Source of the DNA: an uncultured Gemmatimonadales bacterium
GTDB taxonomy: Bacteria > Gemmatimonadota > Gemmatimonadetes > Gemmatimonadales > Gemmatimonadaceae
Direction of reading: 5' to 3'
Assembly: GCA_963701965.1 (NCBI GenBank)
Contig: OY969695.1
Coordinates: 4,672,001-4,736,000, forward strand
DNA: 64,000 nucleotides
Shown: piece after piece, positions 30,858-40,897 of the stretch
Layout of the letters: the number at the start of each line of letters is the position of its first letter
Numbering within the stretch: the stretch's first letter is position 1
Made by a program: the position numbers and the translations under genes
Notes under the pieces: model-generated
Told to the model about the DNA's origin: nothing
Database searches by the model: none
What the model saw: the letters and a program-made list of their open reading frames with translations, nothing else

Positions 30858-31908
30858 ATGATGCAGATTGGTATCGATAGCTTCGCGGCGGCCCACGACG
30901 ACGCAAGCCGGGCGGTAAGCCCGGCGCAGCGCCTGGGACACCTGATCGAGGAGATCGCGCACGCCGATCAGGTCGGACTCGATGTGTTCGGCATCGGCGA
31001 GCATCATCGGCAGGATTTCCTCGATTCGGCGCCCGCCGTCATCCTCGGCGCCGCGGCGGCCCGCACGAGTCGCATTCGCCTTACCAGCGCCGTCACGGTC
31101 TTGAGCGCCGCCGACCCGGTGCGGGTCTTTCAGGAATTCGCCACGCTCGATCTCCTGTCACAGGGTCGTGCCGAGATGGTCGTCGGTCGCGGCTCGTTCG
31201 TGGACGCGTTTCCACTGTTTGGCTTGCGACTCGAAGACTACGACTCGCTCTTCGCCGAGAAATTGGGCCTGCTCCTCGCGATCCGTGACCACGAGCACGT
31301 GACCTGGTCCGGCGCGCATCGCCCGCGGCTGACGGGGCAGGGGGTCTACCCGAGACCCGTGCAACAGCCGTTGCCGATCTGGCTGGGCGTCGGCGGGACG
31401 CCGGAATCCTTCGCCCGCGCCGGCACGCTTGGGCTTCCGCTCATGGTCGCGATCATCGGCGGGGAAACCCGCCGCTTCCGGCCACTCGTCGATCTCTACC
31501 GCGAGTCGGGCGCGCGTGCAGGGTTCTCGCCGGACCGGTTGAAGGTTGGGGTCCACTCACTGGGGTATGTGGCGCCGACGACCCAGGAGGCGGCCAATGA
31601 TTTCTTTCCCGGCTACGCGCGGGCCATGACGGACATCGGCAAGGAACGCGGGTGGCGCCCGATGACGCGGGGGGCATTCGACGCCCAGCGCGGGCCGCAG
31701 GGCGCGCTGGTCGTCGGCAGTCCAGACGAGGTCATCGAAAAAGTCCTGCGACACAGCGTCGCGCTGGGCGGCGTGTCCCGGTTCACGTTCCAAATGAACG
31801 TGGCGTCCTTGCCCCACGCCGAAGCTGATGCAAGCGATCGAGATCCTCGGCACGCAGGTCGCCCCCGTCCTGCGCACAGAGCTGGTCACAGCGGGGCCTG
31901 GCACCTAG
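30858..31908 (+). CDS. LLM-class flavin-dependent oxidoreductase, frameshift near 31820
   Basis: [28 protein letters not shown]. The likely C-terminus [15 protein letters not shown] is in the +1 frame, stopping at 31908. Confidence 0.88.
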
Positions 31909-32500
31909 CGAGCCAGACGGTGTGTCCGTTGCAGTCGGGGTCTTCAATGACATGCTGCACGACCCGAAATCCATTCGCCTCGAGCAGCGCCCGATACTCC
32001 TCCGCCGCCAGACTGGCGTGGTACAGGGGCTCGCCACGATAGACGCCCATCGCCTCGCCATGCGATGGCCCGCTCGTGAACATCAGCGCGGCGCCGGGCG
32101 CGGCGTGTTGGCGGAAGATCGGGAACATGCCGCGCTGGTCATCGCCCGACAGGTGAAAAAAACTGTCCCACGCCAGGAGCCCGTAGAACGCCGTGTCCAG
32201 CGCGAGCACGCGCATATCCGCGGTATGCCACTGCCGATCGGGAAACCGATCGCGACAGACGGAGATCAGTGTCGGGGATGCATCGACACCGTCGACCGCG
32301 AATCCCTTGTCCAGGAGATGTCGCGCGATGGGCTCACCGGACCCGCAACCAATGTCCAGTATCGTCGCCCCTCGCGGGAGGAGCGCAATGAATCGCTCGA
32401 GCCAATCGCCTTCGTTCCCGACCTGCCGCCCGCGATCGGCAACGTAGTCCCGCGCGTGTCGCTCGTAGAGGTCGATGATGCGGCCAGCGTGTGGATTCAC
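31886..32500 (-). CDS. Class I SAM-dependent methyltransferase
   Basis: [22 protein letters not shown]. Confidence 0.92.
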   Translation of the reverse strand: MNPHAGRIIDLYERHARDYVADRGRQVGNEGDWLERFIALLPRGATILDIGCGSGEPIARHLLDKGFAVDGVDASPTLISVCRDRFPDRQWHTADMRVLALDTAFYGLLAWDSFFHLSGDDQRGMFPIFRQHAAPGAALMFTSGPSHGEAMGVYRGEPLYHASLAAEEYRALLEANGFRVVQHVIEDPDCNGHTVWLARCQAPL

Positions 32501-32781
32501 CGTTTTTTCTTATCGATCGTAAACCCGAGCTTCTCCAGCACCCGGACCGCACCGGTCTTCCCGCCCTCGAAGTCGCCGGAGTCCAGTCGCTGGCCCGTCG
32601 CCAGCTCGTACGCGGTGCCCAAAATGGCTTTCGGCGGATAACGCCGGGTGCCCCTGACCAACTCGTACGTCGTGGTCGGAGCGAAACCGTGCTCGGCGAA
32701 AAACTTCTCCGGACCCAGGTCGTCGTACTCGTCCAGTGCGCGCAATACGTCACAATGGGTCACGTCATCCCAGTCCAACAT
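32497..32781 (-). CDS. Small protein resembling the N-terminal head domain of ScoMcrA-type nucleases
   Basis: VLRALDEYDDLG..HGF..YPPKAILG.AY..DFEGG..LGF, with GGAGG RBS. Confidence 0.6.
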   Translation of the reverse strand: MLDWDDVTHCDVLRALDEYDDLGPEKFFAEHGFAPTTTYELVRGTRRYPPKAILGTAYELATGQRLDSGDFEGGKTGAVRVLEKLGFTIDKKKR

Positions 32782-32819
32782 GACAGCCTCCCTCCCTGAC
32801 TATTGTTGTCTGTAATACT

Positions 32820-33299
32820 ATGGAAAGAATGCTCCGTTCTGCGCGCTACACCCTGCTGCCGCTCCGCTTGATTGTCGGCGTCGGCTTTGTTGCCCACGGA
32901 CTCGCGAAGTGGCACCGCGGTCCGGAGCACTTTGCCGCGTTGCTCCAGTTCGCCGGCGTCCCGCTGCCTTCGGTGATGGCCTGGATCGGCATAGGCACCG
33001 AGCTCCTCGGCGGGGCGGCCGTGTTGGTGGGAATCGGGATGCCGATCGTGTGTCTGGCGCTCATCGGGATGATGCTGGTCGCGACCCTGTCCGTTCAGAT
33101 CCACTACGGGTTCAGCACGATCAACACCATCGGCCTCACGGCCGCGGGGCCGCAGTTCGGCCCGCCCGGGTATGAGATCAATCTCCTCTACATCGGGGCC
33201 CTGCTCGCGCTGGGAGTCAGCGAGCCCACCGTCCTGTCAGTCGATCGGTATCTTGCCCGGCCCAATCGACCGACTACAACCGTTTCTGCTCGGCCGTAG
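32820..33299 (+). CDS. DoxX family membrane protein
   Basis: [33 protein letters not shown]. Confidence 0.9.
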   Translation: MERMLRSARYTLLPLRLIVGVGFVAHGLAKWHRGPEHFAALLQFAGVPLPSVMAWIGIGTELLGGAAVLVGIGMPIVCLALIGMMLVATLSVQIHYGFSTINTIGLTAAGPQFGPPGYEINLLYIGALLALGVSEPTVLSVDRYLARPNRPTTTVSARP

Positions 33300-33351
33300 C
33301 TATTTTACGAGAGATACCGGAAGATCACCGTCCAGCAGTCGAGGCACGGCA

Positions 33352-36300
33352 ATGGCCCCAGTCACCGCGAGTCCGTCACACCGTCCGATCGTCGCCGGCG
33401 CCCCCAAACCCGGGGTCTACACCGCGAACTACAAGATCCGTATCGTCACGGCCGCATCGCTGTTCGACGGACATGATGCCGCCATCAACGTCATGCGACG
33501 CATCCTGCAGGCGAGCGGGGCCGAAGTCATTCACTTGGGTCACGATCGCTCGGTCGACGAAGTGGTGAACTGCGCGATCCAGGAGGACGTCAACGCGATC
33601 GCGATGACGTCGTACCAGGGCGGCCACGTCGAATATCTCAAGTACATGCACGACCGCCTCGAGAACGAAGGCTGTGGACACATTCGGATCTTCGCCGGCG
33701 GTGGCGGCGTCATCCTCCCGGACGAGATTGCCGACCTGCACGCCTACGGCATCGAGCACGTGTATACCCCGGACGACGGCCGCGCCATGGGCCTCCAAGG
33801 GATGATCAACGATCTCCTGCGCCGTAGCGATTTCGCCACCGGCCGCGATATCGGGCCACCCGATGTGGAGCGCGCGCGGCAGCGCGATCCGCGCGCCATC
33901 GCGCGACTCATTTCGGCCGCCGAGAACTGGCGCGACGAATACGCGAGAATATTGGACGCGGTGCGCGGCGAGGCGGCCGACCGGGCGACCCCAGTGCTGG
34001 GCATCACCGGCACTGGCGGCGCCGGGAAATCATCCTTGGTCGACGAGCTCGTTCGCCGCTTCCTGCTCGACTTTCCCGACCGGACCATCGGCATCGTGTC
34101 CGTCGATCCCAGCAAGCGCAAGACCGGCGGCGCCCTGCTCGGCGACCGGATCCGCATGAACGCGATCCACAACCCGCGCGTCTACATGCGATCCCTCGCC
34201 ACCCGCCAGGCCAACCTGGCCCTTTCCGGCCACGTGCGCGATGCGGTCGCCACGCTCAAGTTCGCCGGCTTCGACCTGGTCATCCTCGAAACGTCAGGCA
34301 TCGGGCAATCCGACACGGAAATCGTCGATCATTCGGATGTGTCGCTGTACGTCATGACGCCCGACTACGGCGCCGCGACCCAGCTCGAGAAGATCGACAT
34401 GCTCGATTTCGCGGACGTCGTGGCCCTCAACAAATTCGATAAGCGCGGGGCGCTCGACGCCCTGCGCGACGTGCGCAAGCAATACCAGCGCAACCACAAG
34501 CAGTTCGACCTCCCGGTCGACCAAATGCCGGTGGTCGGCACCATCGCGTCCCAATTCAACGATCCGGGCACGACGCGCCTCTATCGCGCGCTGATGGATC
34601 GGATCGTCCAGAAATGTCAGGCGCCGTTTGTGTCCTCACTCGGCGCCGGCGTCGACGATCCGGAAAAGATCAACATCATTCCGCCGGAGCGGAGCCGCTA
34701 CCTCTCCGAGATCACCGAGACCATACGCCGGTACAACGCGTGGGCGGTCGACCAGAGCACGGTCGCGCACCAGCTCCAATCCGTCATCGAGGCCGAGCGG
34801 GTCGTCGGCGACGCACCGGCCCTGACCGCAAAACGCGCCGAGCTGGAGCGACGGCTCGATGGCGACAACCGGGCCCTGCTCGCCGACTGGGAACCGCACC
34901 GCGCGAAATACGAGGGTGACGAGTACGTCTACCAAGTGCGCGGCAAAGACATCCGTGTCCCGCTGACCAGCGAGAGTCTTTCTCATCTCCCGGTCCCCAA
35001 GGTGGCCCTGCCATCGTATACGGGATGGGGCGATATCCTGAAGTGGAGCCTGCAGGAGAACGTCCCGGGCGCGTTTCCGTATACCGCCGGCGTCTTCCCC
35101 TTCAAGCGCGAAGGGGAGGATCCGACGCGGATGTTCGCGGGCGAAGGGGGTCCCGAGCGCACGAACCGGCGCTTCCACTACGTGTCGGCCGGACTCCCCG
35201 CGCGCCGGCTGTCTACCGCGTTCGACTCGGTGACGCTCTACGGCAACGACCCCGCCGTCCGTCCTGACATTTATGGAAAGATCGGTAACGCCGGCGTCTC
35301 GGTGTGCTGTCTCGATGACGCGAAGAAACTCTATTCCGGGTTCGACCTCGCCGACCCCAAGACATCGGTGTCGATGACGATCAACGGCCCGGCCCCGATG
35401 CTGACCGGCTTCTTCATGAACGCCGCCATCGACCAGCAGTGCGAGCGGTACATCCTGGCACACGGGCTCGCCGACGAGGTGAACCGCAAGATCGACGCGC
35501 GCTTCGCCGCGTTGGGGTTGGAGCGCCCGCGCTACGATGGTCCCCTCCCCGCGGGGAACGACGGTCTCGGCCTCATGTTGCTGGGCGTGACCGGTGACAT
35601 GGTGCTGCCGCGCGACGTCTACGATCGCATCAAGGCGGACACCATCTCGAAAGTCCGCGGCACCGTCCAAGCCGACATCCTCAAGGAAGACCAGGCCCAG
35701 AACACCTGCATCTTCTCGACCGAGTTCTCGCTCAAGCTCATGGGCGACATGCAGGAGTACTTCACGCACCACAATGTGCGGAACTTCTACTCCGTGTCGA
35801 TCTCCGGCTATCACATCGCCGAAGCGGGCGCGACGCCGGTCAGCCAATTGGCGTTCACGCTGGCCAACGGGTTCACGTACGTCGAGTACTACCTGGCGCG
35901 TGGCCTCCCCATCGACAGTTTCGCGCCTAATCTCTCGTTCTTCTTCTCCAACGGGACCGATCCGGAGTATGCGGTGATCGGCCGCGTCGCCCGCCGGATC
36001 TGGGCCAAGGCGCTCAAGCTCAAGTACGGCGCCGCCGCCCGCTCGCAGATGCTCAAGTACCACGTGCAGACGAGCGGTCGATCGCTCCACGCCCAGGAAA
36101 TCTCGTTCAACGACATCCGGACTACGTTGCAGGCGTTGTACGCGATCTTCGACAACTGCAACTCGCTCCATACGAACGCGTACGATGAAGCCATCACCAC
36201 CCCCACGGAAGAAAGCGTGCGCCGGGCGATGGCCATTCAGCTGATCATCAACCACGAGTTCGGGTTGGCGAAGAACCAGAACCCGCTCCAGGGATCATTC

Positions 36301-36756
36301 ATCATCGAGCGACTGACCGATCTCGTGGAAGAGGCCGTCCTGCAGGAGTTCGATCGCATCAATGAGCGGGGCGGCGTCCTCGGCGCCATGGAAACGATGT
36401 ATCAGCGCGGCAAGATCCAGGAAGAGTCGCTCCACTATGAAACCCTGAAGCACACGGGCGAGCTGCCGGTGATCGGAGTCAACACGTTCCTGTCGTCCGA
36501 CGGCTCGCCGACCGTCTTGCCGCGGGAAGTCATTCGATCGACGCAGGAAGAAAAAGACGGTCAGATCGCCACCGTCGCGGCCGTCCAGGCCCGTTACGAG
36601 GCCGAACGACCGGCGGCGCTGGAACGGCTACGGCAGGCGGCCCTGCACAATGCCAACGTGTTCGAGGAGCTCATGGAGACGACGAAGGTGTGCACGCTCG
36701 GCGAAATTGGGCACGCGTTGTTCGCCGTCGGCGGGCAATATCGTCGCAACATGTAA
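33352..36756 (+). CDS. icmF: Fused isobutyryl-CoA mutase/GTPase IcmF
   Basis: B12-binding FDGHDAAIN, MeaB-like GTGGAGKSS, mutase domain [14 protein letters not shown]-terminal VGGQYRRNM. Confidence 0.95.
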   Translation: MAPVTASPSHRPIVAGAPKPGVYTANYKIRIVTAASLFDGHDAAINVMRRILQASGAEVIHLGHDRSVDEVVNCAIQEDVNAIAMTSYQGGHVEYLKYMHDRLENEGCGHIRIFAGGGGVILPDEIADLHAYGIEHVYTPDDGRAMGLQGMINDLLRRSDFATGRDIGPPDVERARQRDPRAIARLISAAENWRDEYARILDAVRGEAADRATPVLGITGTGGAGKSSLVDELVRRFLLDFPDRTIGIVSVDPSKRKTGGALLGDRIRMNAIHNPRVYMRSLATRQANLALSGHVRDAVATLKFAGFDLVILETSGIGQSDTEIVDHSDVSLYVMTPDYGAATQLEKIDMLDFADVVALNKFDKRGALDALRDVRKQYQRNHKQFDLPVDQMPVVGTIASQFNDPGTTRLYRALMDRIVQKCQAPFVSSLGAGVDDPEKINIIPPERSRYLSEITETIRRYNAWAVDQSTVAHQLQSVIEAERVVGDAPALTAKRAELERRLDGDNRALLADWEPHRAKYEGDEYVYQVRGKDIRVPLTSESLSHLPVPKVALPSYTGWGDILKWSLQENVPGAFPYTAGVFPFKREGEDPTRMFAGEGGPERTNRRFHYVSAGLPARRLSTAFDSVTLYGNDPAVRPDIYGKIGNAGVSVCCLDDAKKLYSGFDLADPKTSVSMTINGPAPMLTGFFMNAAIDQQCERYILAHGLADEVNRKIDARFAALGLERPRYDGPLPAGNDGLGLMLLGVTGDMVLPRDVYDRIKADTISKVRGTVQADILKEDQAQNTCIFSTEFSLKLMGDMQEYFTHHNVRNFYSVSISGYHIAEAGATPVSQLAFTLANGFTYVEYYLARGLPIDSFAPNLSFFFSNGTDPEYAVIGRVARRIWAKALKLKYGAAARSQMLKYHVQTSGRSLHAQEISFNDIRTTLQALYAIFDNCNSLHTNAYDEAITTPTEESVRRAMAIQLIINHEFGLAKNQNPLQGSFIIERLTDLVEEAVLQEFDRINERGGVLGAMETMYQRGKIQEESLHYETLKHTGELPVIGVNTFLSSDGSPTVLPREVIRSTQEEKDGQIATVAAVQARYEAERPAALERLRQAALHNANVFEELMETTKVCTLGEIGHALFAVGGQYRRNM

Positions 36757-39408
36757 TCACTCCGCCCGCATCGTCGTCGCGGGATCCACCCGCGACGCGC
36801 GATACGCCGGGACACTCGTGGCCACAACCGACACGCCGGCCAGGAGCGCGAGCACGCCCAGGTAGGTGACGGGGTCGAGGCGCGACACGCCGTAGAGGAG
36901 CGTGACGATGGCATGACTCGCCAACGCCGCGCCGCTCACGCCGATCGCCACGCCGAGCCCCGTAAGGGTCAGCCCTTGGCGCATGATCAGGCGGAGCAGT
37001 TGGGCCTGTGATGCGCCGAGTGCCGACCGCACCCCGATCTCGCGCACGCGCTCGGTCACGCTGCCGGACAGGACGCCGTAAAGGCCAATCGCCGCCAACA
37101 CCAAGGCAACGACGCCAAACGCCTCGAACACGACGAGCGCGAATCGCCGCGAAGCGGCCGACGCCGCGACCAGCCCGTCCATCGTGATGACCCGCGCGAT
37201 CGGCTGATCCTTATCCACCGACCAGATCGCGGCCTTGATCGCCGGCGTCAGGGCGCCCTCGGACTCGCGGGTGCGGACGACCAGCGAGAACCGGCTGTCC
37301 ACCCACGCCCACTGCGCGGGCGTCATGTACACGGCGTCGACTTCGCTCACCGCCAGCGACGTCTGCTTGACGTCACCGACTACGCCGACCACGGTGGCCC
37401 ACGCCGTGTCCGGCCCAAAGCGCAAGCGCTGCCCGATCGGGTCGATCCCCGGATAGTTGCGTCGGGCGAACAATGCACTGACCATCACGACCTTTGGCCG
37501 CCCAGCGACATCGTGGTCGTCGAGTAGCCGCCCGCGCCGCAACGGAATGCCCATGGCGTCCGTGTAGCCCGGCGTCACCGCGTAGCGCATGGCGTTGCGG
37601 TCGCCCTCGGGATTGTCGGATGGACTGGATTCGAGGTGGGCGCCGTATCCATCAATGTCCCCACTCAGCGGGAGCTGGCTGGTGAACGCCGCCGCAGTCA
37701 CGCCAGGCACGCGTCGCACGGCATCGAGGGCTTGGGTGAAAAACCGATAGCGCGCGACATCGTCGCGATACTGGGGGCCGGCGACCTGCACTTGCATGGT
37801 CAAGAGCCGGGAGGCATCGAACCCCGGGGAAATCGCGAACAGCCGCTCCAGGCTGCGCAACAGGAGCCCGGCGCCGACGAGCAACATGAACGCCAACGCC
37901 ACCTCGGCGACCACCAGCACACCGCGCGTATTCCGTCCCCCGCCGGCGGAGCGCCGCGAGCTGCGCTGAAGGGCGGTGTGCATGTCCCTGCCGCGCGCCT
38001 GCAGCGCCGGAATCAACCCGACGGCCATGCCACTGAGCGTGGTCAGACCCAATGCGAACACGAACACGCCGCCGCTCAATCGAATGGCGTTCACCCGCGG
38101 CAACTCGGGCGGGCTGAGTGCCACCAACGCGCGCACGCCGATCTGCGCGAGCAGGAGTCCGAGCACGCCGCCGACCAGGGCCAGGACGAGACTCTCGGTC
38201 AGCAGTTGACGCATCAGTCGCAGGCGCCCGGCGCCGAGCGCGGTGCGCATCGCCAACTCGCCCCGGCGCTGGACGCCGCGAGCGAGCAACAGGTTGGTGA
38301 CGTTCACGCAGGCGATCAGCAGCACGAGTACCACGCCACCGAGGATGGCGAGCAGCGCCGGCCTGACGGCGGCGGTAATGTCGTCGCGCAACGGATGCAG
38401 CATGAGACCATCACTGAGCGACGCCCAGGCCGGCCTGGTCAACTCCGGCACCGGCGTGCGGGCGATCCTTTGCAGCTCGCGCCGGGCCTGGTCGGCGGCG
38501 ACGCCCTGCCGCAACCGGCCCACCATGATCAGGTGATGCCCCCACTCGACGCCCTGAATCGAGGGCAGGGACGCGTTGTACTGCAATAGCGACCAGACCT
38601 CGGCCGACGGCGCGAGGACGTTTTCGAACGTCTTCGGCATCACGCCGATCACGACGTAGCTGTCGCCGTTCAGTCGCACCGGGCGTCCAACGATCGTGGG
38701 GTCGGCGCCCAGGCGTCGCCGCCACAGCGCGTCGCTGACGATCACCACGTGGGGACCGCCGATCCGGTCATCGCCGGCGTCGAAGTCGTGCCCGAGTTGG
38801 GGCGCCACCCCCAACGTCTGGAAATATTTCGCGCTGACGCGTTGGCCATCCAGCCGCTCGGGCTCGGCCAGACCGCTAAAGGTTGGTTGCCACCCCCTCA
38901 TGACCGCGAGCGCGGAGAACGACCGGCTCCGCGTCGCCAGCTCCCGGTAGGTCCCGAACGTGACGTCGAACCGTTCGCCGTCGGGACCGTAATCCGAGAC
39001 CATCACAATGCGGCCCGGCTCCGTGTACGGGAGCGGCTGAAAGAGGATCGGATCGACCGCGCCGAAAATCGCGGTCGTCGCGCCGATGCCGATCGCCAGG
39101 GTCAGCACGGTCACCGTCGAAAAGCCCGGCGCGCCCAGGAGTCGCCGGACGGCGTATCGGAAATCGGCGACGACAGAATCGACGACGTGCTCCCATCCGT
39201 AGGCGCGCACCTCGTCGTGGACCGCCGACGCCGAGCCCAGTTCGCGCCGGGCGGCGCGCACGGCCTCGTCGCGCGACAGGCCCCGCGCTTCATGGGCGGC
39301 GATTGCTTGCTCGAAATAGTGCCGCACCTCGTCCGCCAGGTCCCGGGCGGCGGCCGACCGGTGAGTCAGTCCGCGCAGGCCGTGGGTGAGCTGGCGCCAG
39401 AGTGACAC
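36757..39408 (-). CDS. ADOP family duplicated MacB-like ABC permease
   Basis: TLAIGIGATTAIF, LIACVNVTNLLLAR, REIGVRSALGA; follows padR. Confidence 0.93.
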   Translation of the reverse strand: MSLWRQLTHGLRGLTHRSAAARDLADEVRHYFEQAIAAHEARGLSRDEAVRAARRELGSASAVHDEVRAYGWEHVVDSVVADFRYAVRRLLGAPGFSTVTVLTLAIGIGATTAIFGAVDPILFQPLPYTEPGRIVMVSDYGPDGERFDVTFGTYRELATRSRSFSALAVMRGWQPTFSGLAEPERLDGQRVSAKYFQTLGVAPQLGHDFDAGDDRIGGPHVVIVSDALWRRRLGADPTIVGRPVRLNGDSYVVIGVMPKTFENVLAPSAEVWSLLQYNASLPSIQGVEWGHHLIMVGRLRQGVAADQARRELQRIARTPVPELTRPAWASLSDGLMLHPLRDDITAAVRPALLAILGGVVLVLLIACVNVTNLLLARGVQRRGELAMRTALGAGRLRLMRQLLTESLVLALVGGVLGLLLAQIGVRALVALSPPELPRVNAIRLSGGVFVFALGLTTLSGMAVGLIPALQARGRDMHTALQRSSRRSAGGGRNTRGVLVVAEVALAFMLLVGAGLLLRSLERLFAISPGFDASRLLTMQVQVAGPQYRDDVARYRFFTQALDAVRRVPGVTAAAFTSQLPLSGDIDGYGAHLESSPSDNPEGDRNAMRYAVTPGYTDAMGIPLRRGRLLDDHDVAGRPKVVMVSALFARRNYPGIDPIGQRLRFGPDTAWATVVGVVGDVKQTSLAVSEVDAVYMTPAQWAWVDSRFSLVVRTRESEGALTPAIKAAIWSVDKDQPIARVITMDGLVAASAASRRFALVVFEAFGVVALVLAAIGLYGVLSGSVTERVREIGVRSALGASQAQLLRLIMRQGLTLTGLGVAIGVSGAALASHAIVTLLYGVSRLDPVTYLGVLALLAGVSVVATSVPAYRASRVDPATTMRAE

Positions 39409-39411
39409 GGC

Positions 39412-39747
39412 TCAACCCTCGGCGTTGAGCAGCCGGGAAACGGCGGCGATCCGACGCGCCCAGTCCGACGTCTCGGTCTCGAGTTGTTTGCGGCCGCCGC
39501 GCGTCAGTGCGTAGATCCGCGCGCGCCGCGCGTTCTCGGTCTGACGCCACTCGGCGTCCAACCACCCGGCGCGCTCCAGGCGGCGCAGGGCGGTGAGGAG
39601 TGATCCCGGGTTGACCTTGAACACGCCGCGGGATATCTGCTCAATGCGGCGTGCAATGCCAAAGCCGTGCATCGGCTCGAGGCTGAGCGTTTTGAGGATC
39701 AGCATGTCGAGCGTACCTTGGATGACGTCCGTGTTGGGCGAGTCCAT
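39412..39747 (-). CDS. padR: PadR family transcriptional regulator
   Basis: QGTLDMLILKTL..HGFGI..GSL..L.RLE..GW. Confidence 0.93.
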   Translation of the reverse strand: MDSPNTDVIQGTLDMLILKTLSLEPMHGFGIARRIEQISRGVFKVNPGSLLTALRRLERAGWLDAEWRQTENARRARIYALTRGGRKQLETETSDWARRIAAVSRLLNAEG

Positions 39748-39752
39748 GGCCG

Positions 39753-39785
39753 AGCATAGCCACGCGTCCTCTTGATTGTCAAGAG
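39753..39785 (-). promoter_or_regulatory. padR promoter with operator palindrome
   Basis: TTGACA-N18-TATGCT, 5 nt before ATG. Palindrome CTCTTGA-TTG-TCAAGAG (39769-39785) covers the -35. Confidence 0.75.
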
Positions 39786-39816
39786 ATGAGCGTCATAAGG
39801 AGCCACGGGTGAGAAA

Positions 39817-40738
39817 CATGTGGGATAGCCTGCGGCAGGACGCGCGGTTCGCGATCCGCCAACTGGCCAGCGCTCGATCGTTCGCCGTGGCCGCGGTCGG
39901 CACGTTGGCGATCGGTATCGGTGCCACCGTCGCGATGTTCAGTGTCGTCGAAGCCGTCATCCTGCGGCCGTTTCCGTTTGCCAGCCCGGATCGCGTGGTC
40001 AACCTGCATCCCGCCCGGGACGGCGTTCCGCTCACCGTGGCCTCGAATCTCGAGTTCGCCACGTGGCGTGCCCTGCCGCGCGGGTTCGACGGCGTGGCGG
40101 CTCTCTACTCCGGCCTGTCGTTCGTCCTCACGCGCGGGGACGCGCCCGAGTTCTACATTCCGTTCGAGCAAATGCCGCCGCCGCTGTGGAGCGCGATGCA
40201 GGGCTCGCTCACGATCGTCGCGCGCACCGCATCGGATCCCGCGACTATGGAGCGCGCGGTGCGCGGCGCGGTCGCGGCGTTCGATCCCAGCCTGCCGGTC
40301 GCCCAGGTGGCGACAATGGAGAGCTTGGTGGCCACGTCCCGTGCCTCAGCCCGATTCAACACGCTGCTCCTCTGCCTACTGGGCGCGATTGCCCTCGTGC
40401 TGGCCAGCGTGGGGGTCTACGGCGTGATCGCGTATTCCGTCACGCAGCGCACCCGCGAGATCGGACTCCGCATGGCCTTGGGCGCGACGCCCCGGACGAT
40501 CGCGGCGCTCGTCGCCCGCCAAGGGCTCACTCCGATCGCCGCCGGCGCGGTGATCGGAGGCGCGCTCTCCGTGCTCACGACCCGCCTCCTTCGCGAACAA
40601 CTCTATGGCGTGGCACCCGGAGACCCGGCGACGATCATCGCGATCGCTGGCCTATTGATGGTGGTATCGCTGGTGGCGGCGTGTGTCCCGACGCGCCGCG
40701 CGATGGCGATCTCGCCGGTGACCGCACTGACCACGTAA
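39817..40738 (+). pseudogene. ADOP permease with in-frame internal deletion
   Basis: N-terminal part ..LTRGDAPE joins FYIPFEQ of the last periplasmic part. About 306 aa versus 883 aa for the neighbour. Confidence 0.82.
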
Positions 40739-40897
40739 AGCAGTCGTTGCTGGTCGAGTAGGGCGGGTTTCGGCAAAGCATGTTGCGATAACGACTTACG
40801 ATCGCCTGATTGGGAGCCGGATCGCGGTGATTCCGAGCGGCCTGCCGATTGAGGCGGTCGAACGTTGCCTCGACGGCCCGCCTGCCGTCGGGATAGG

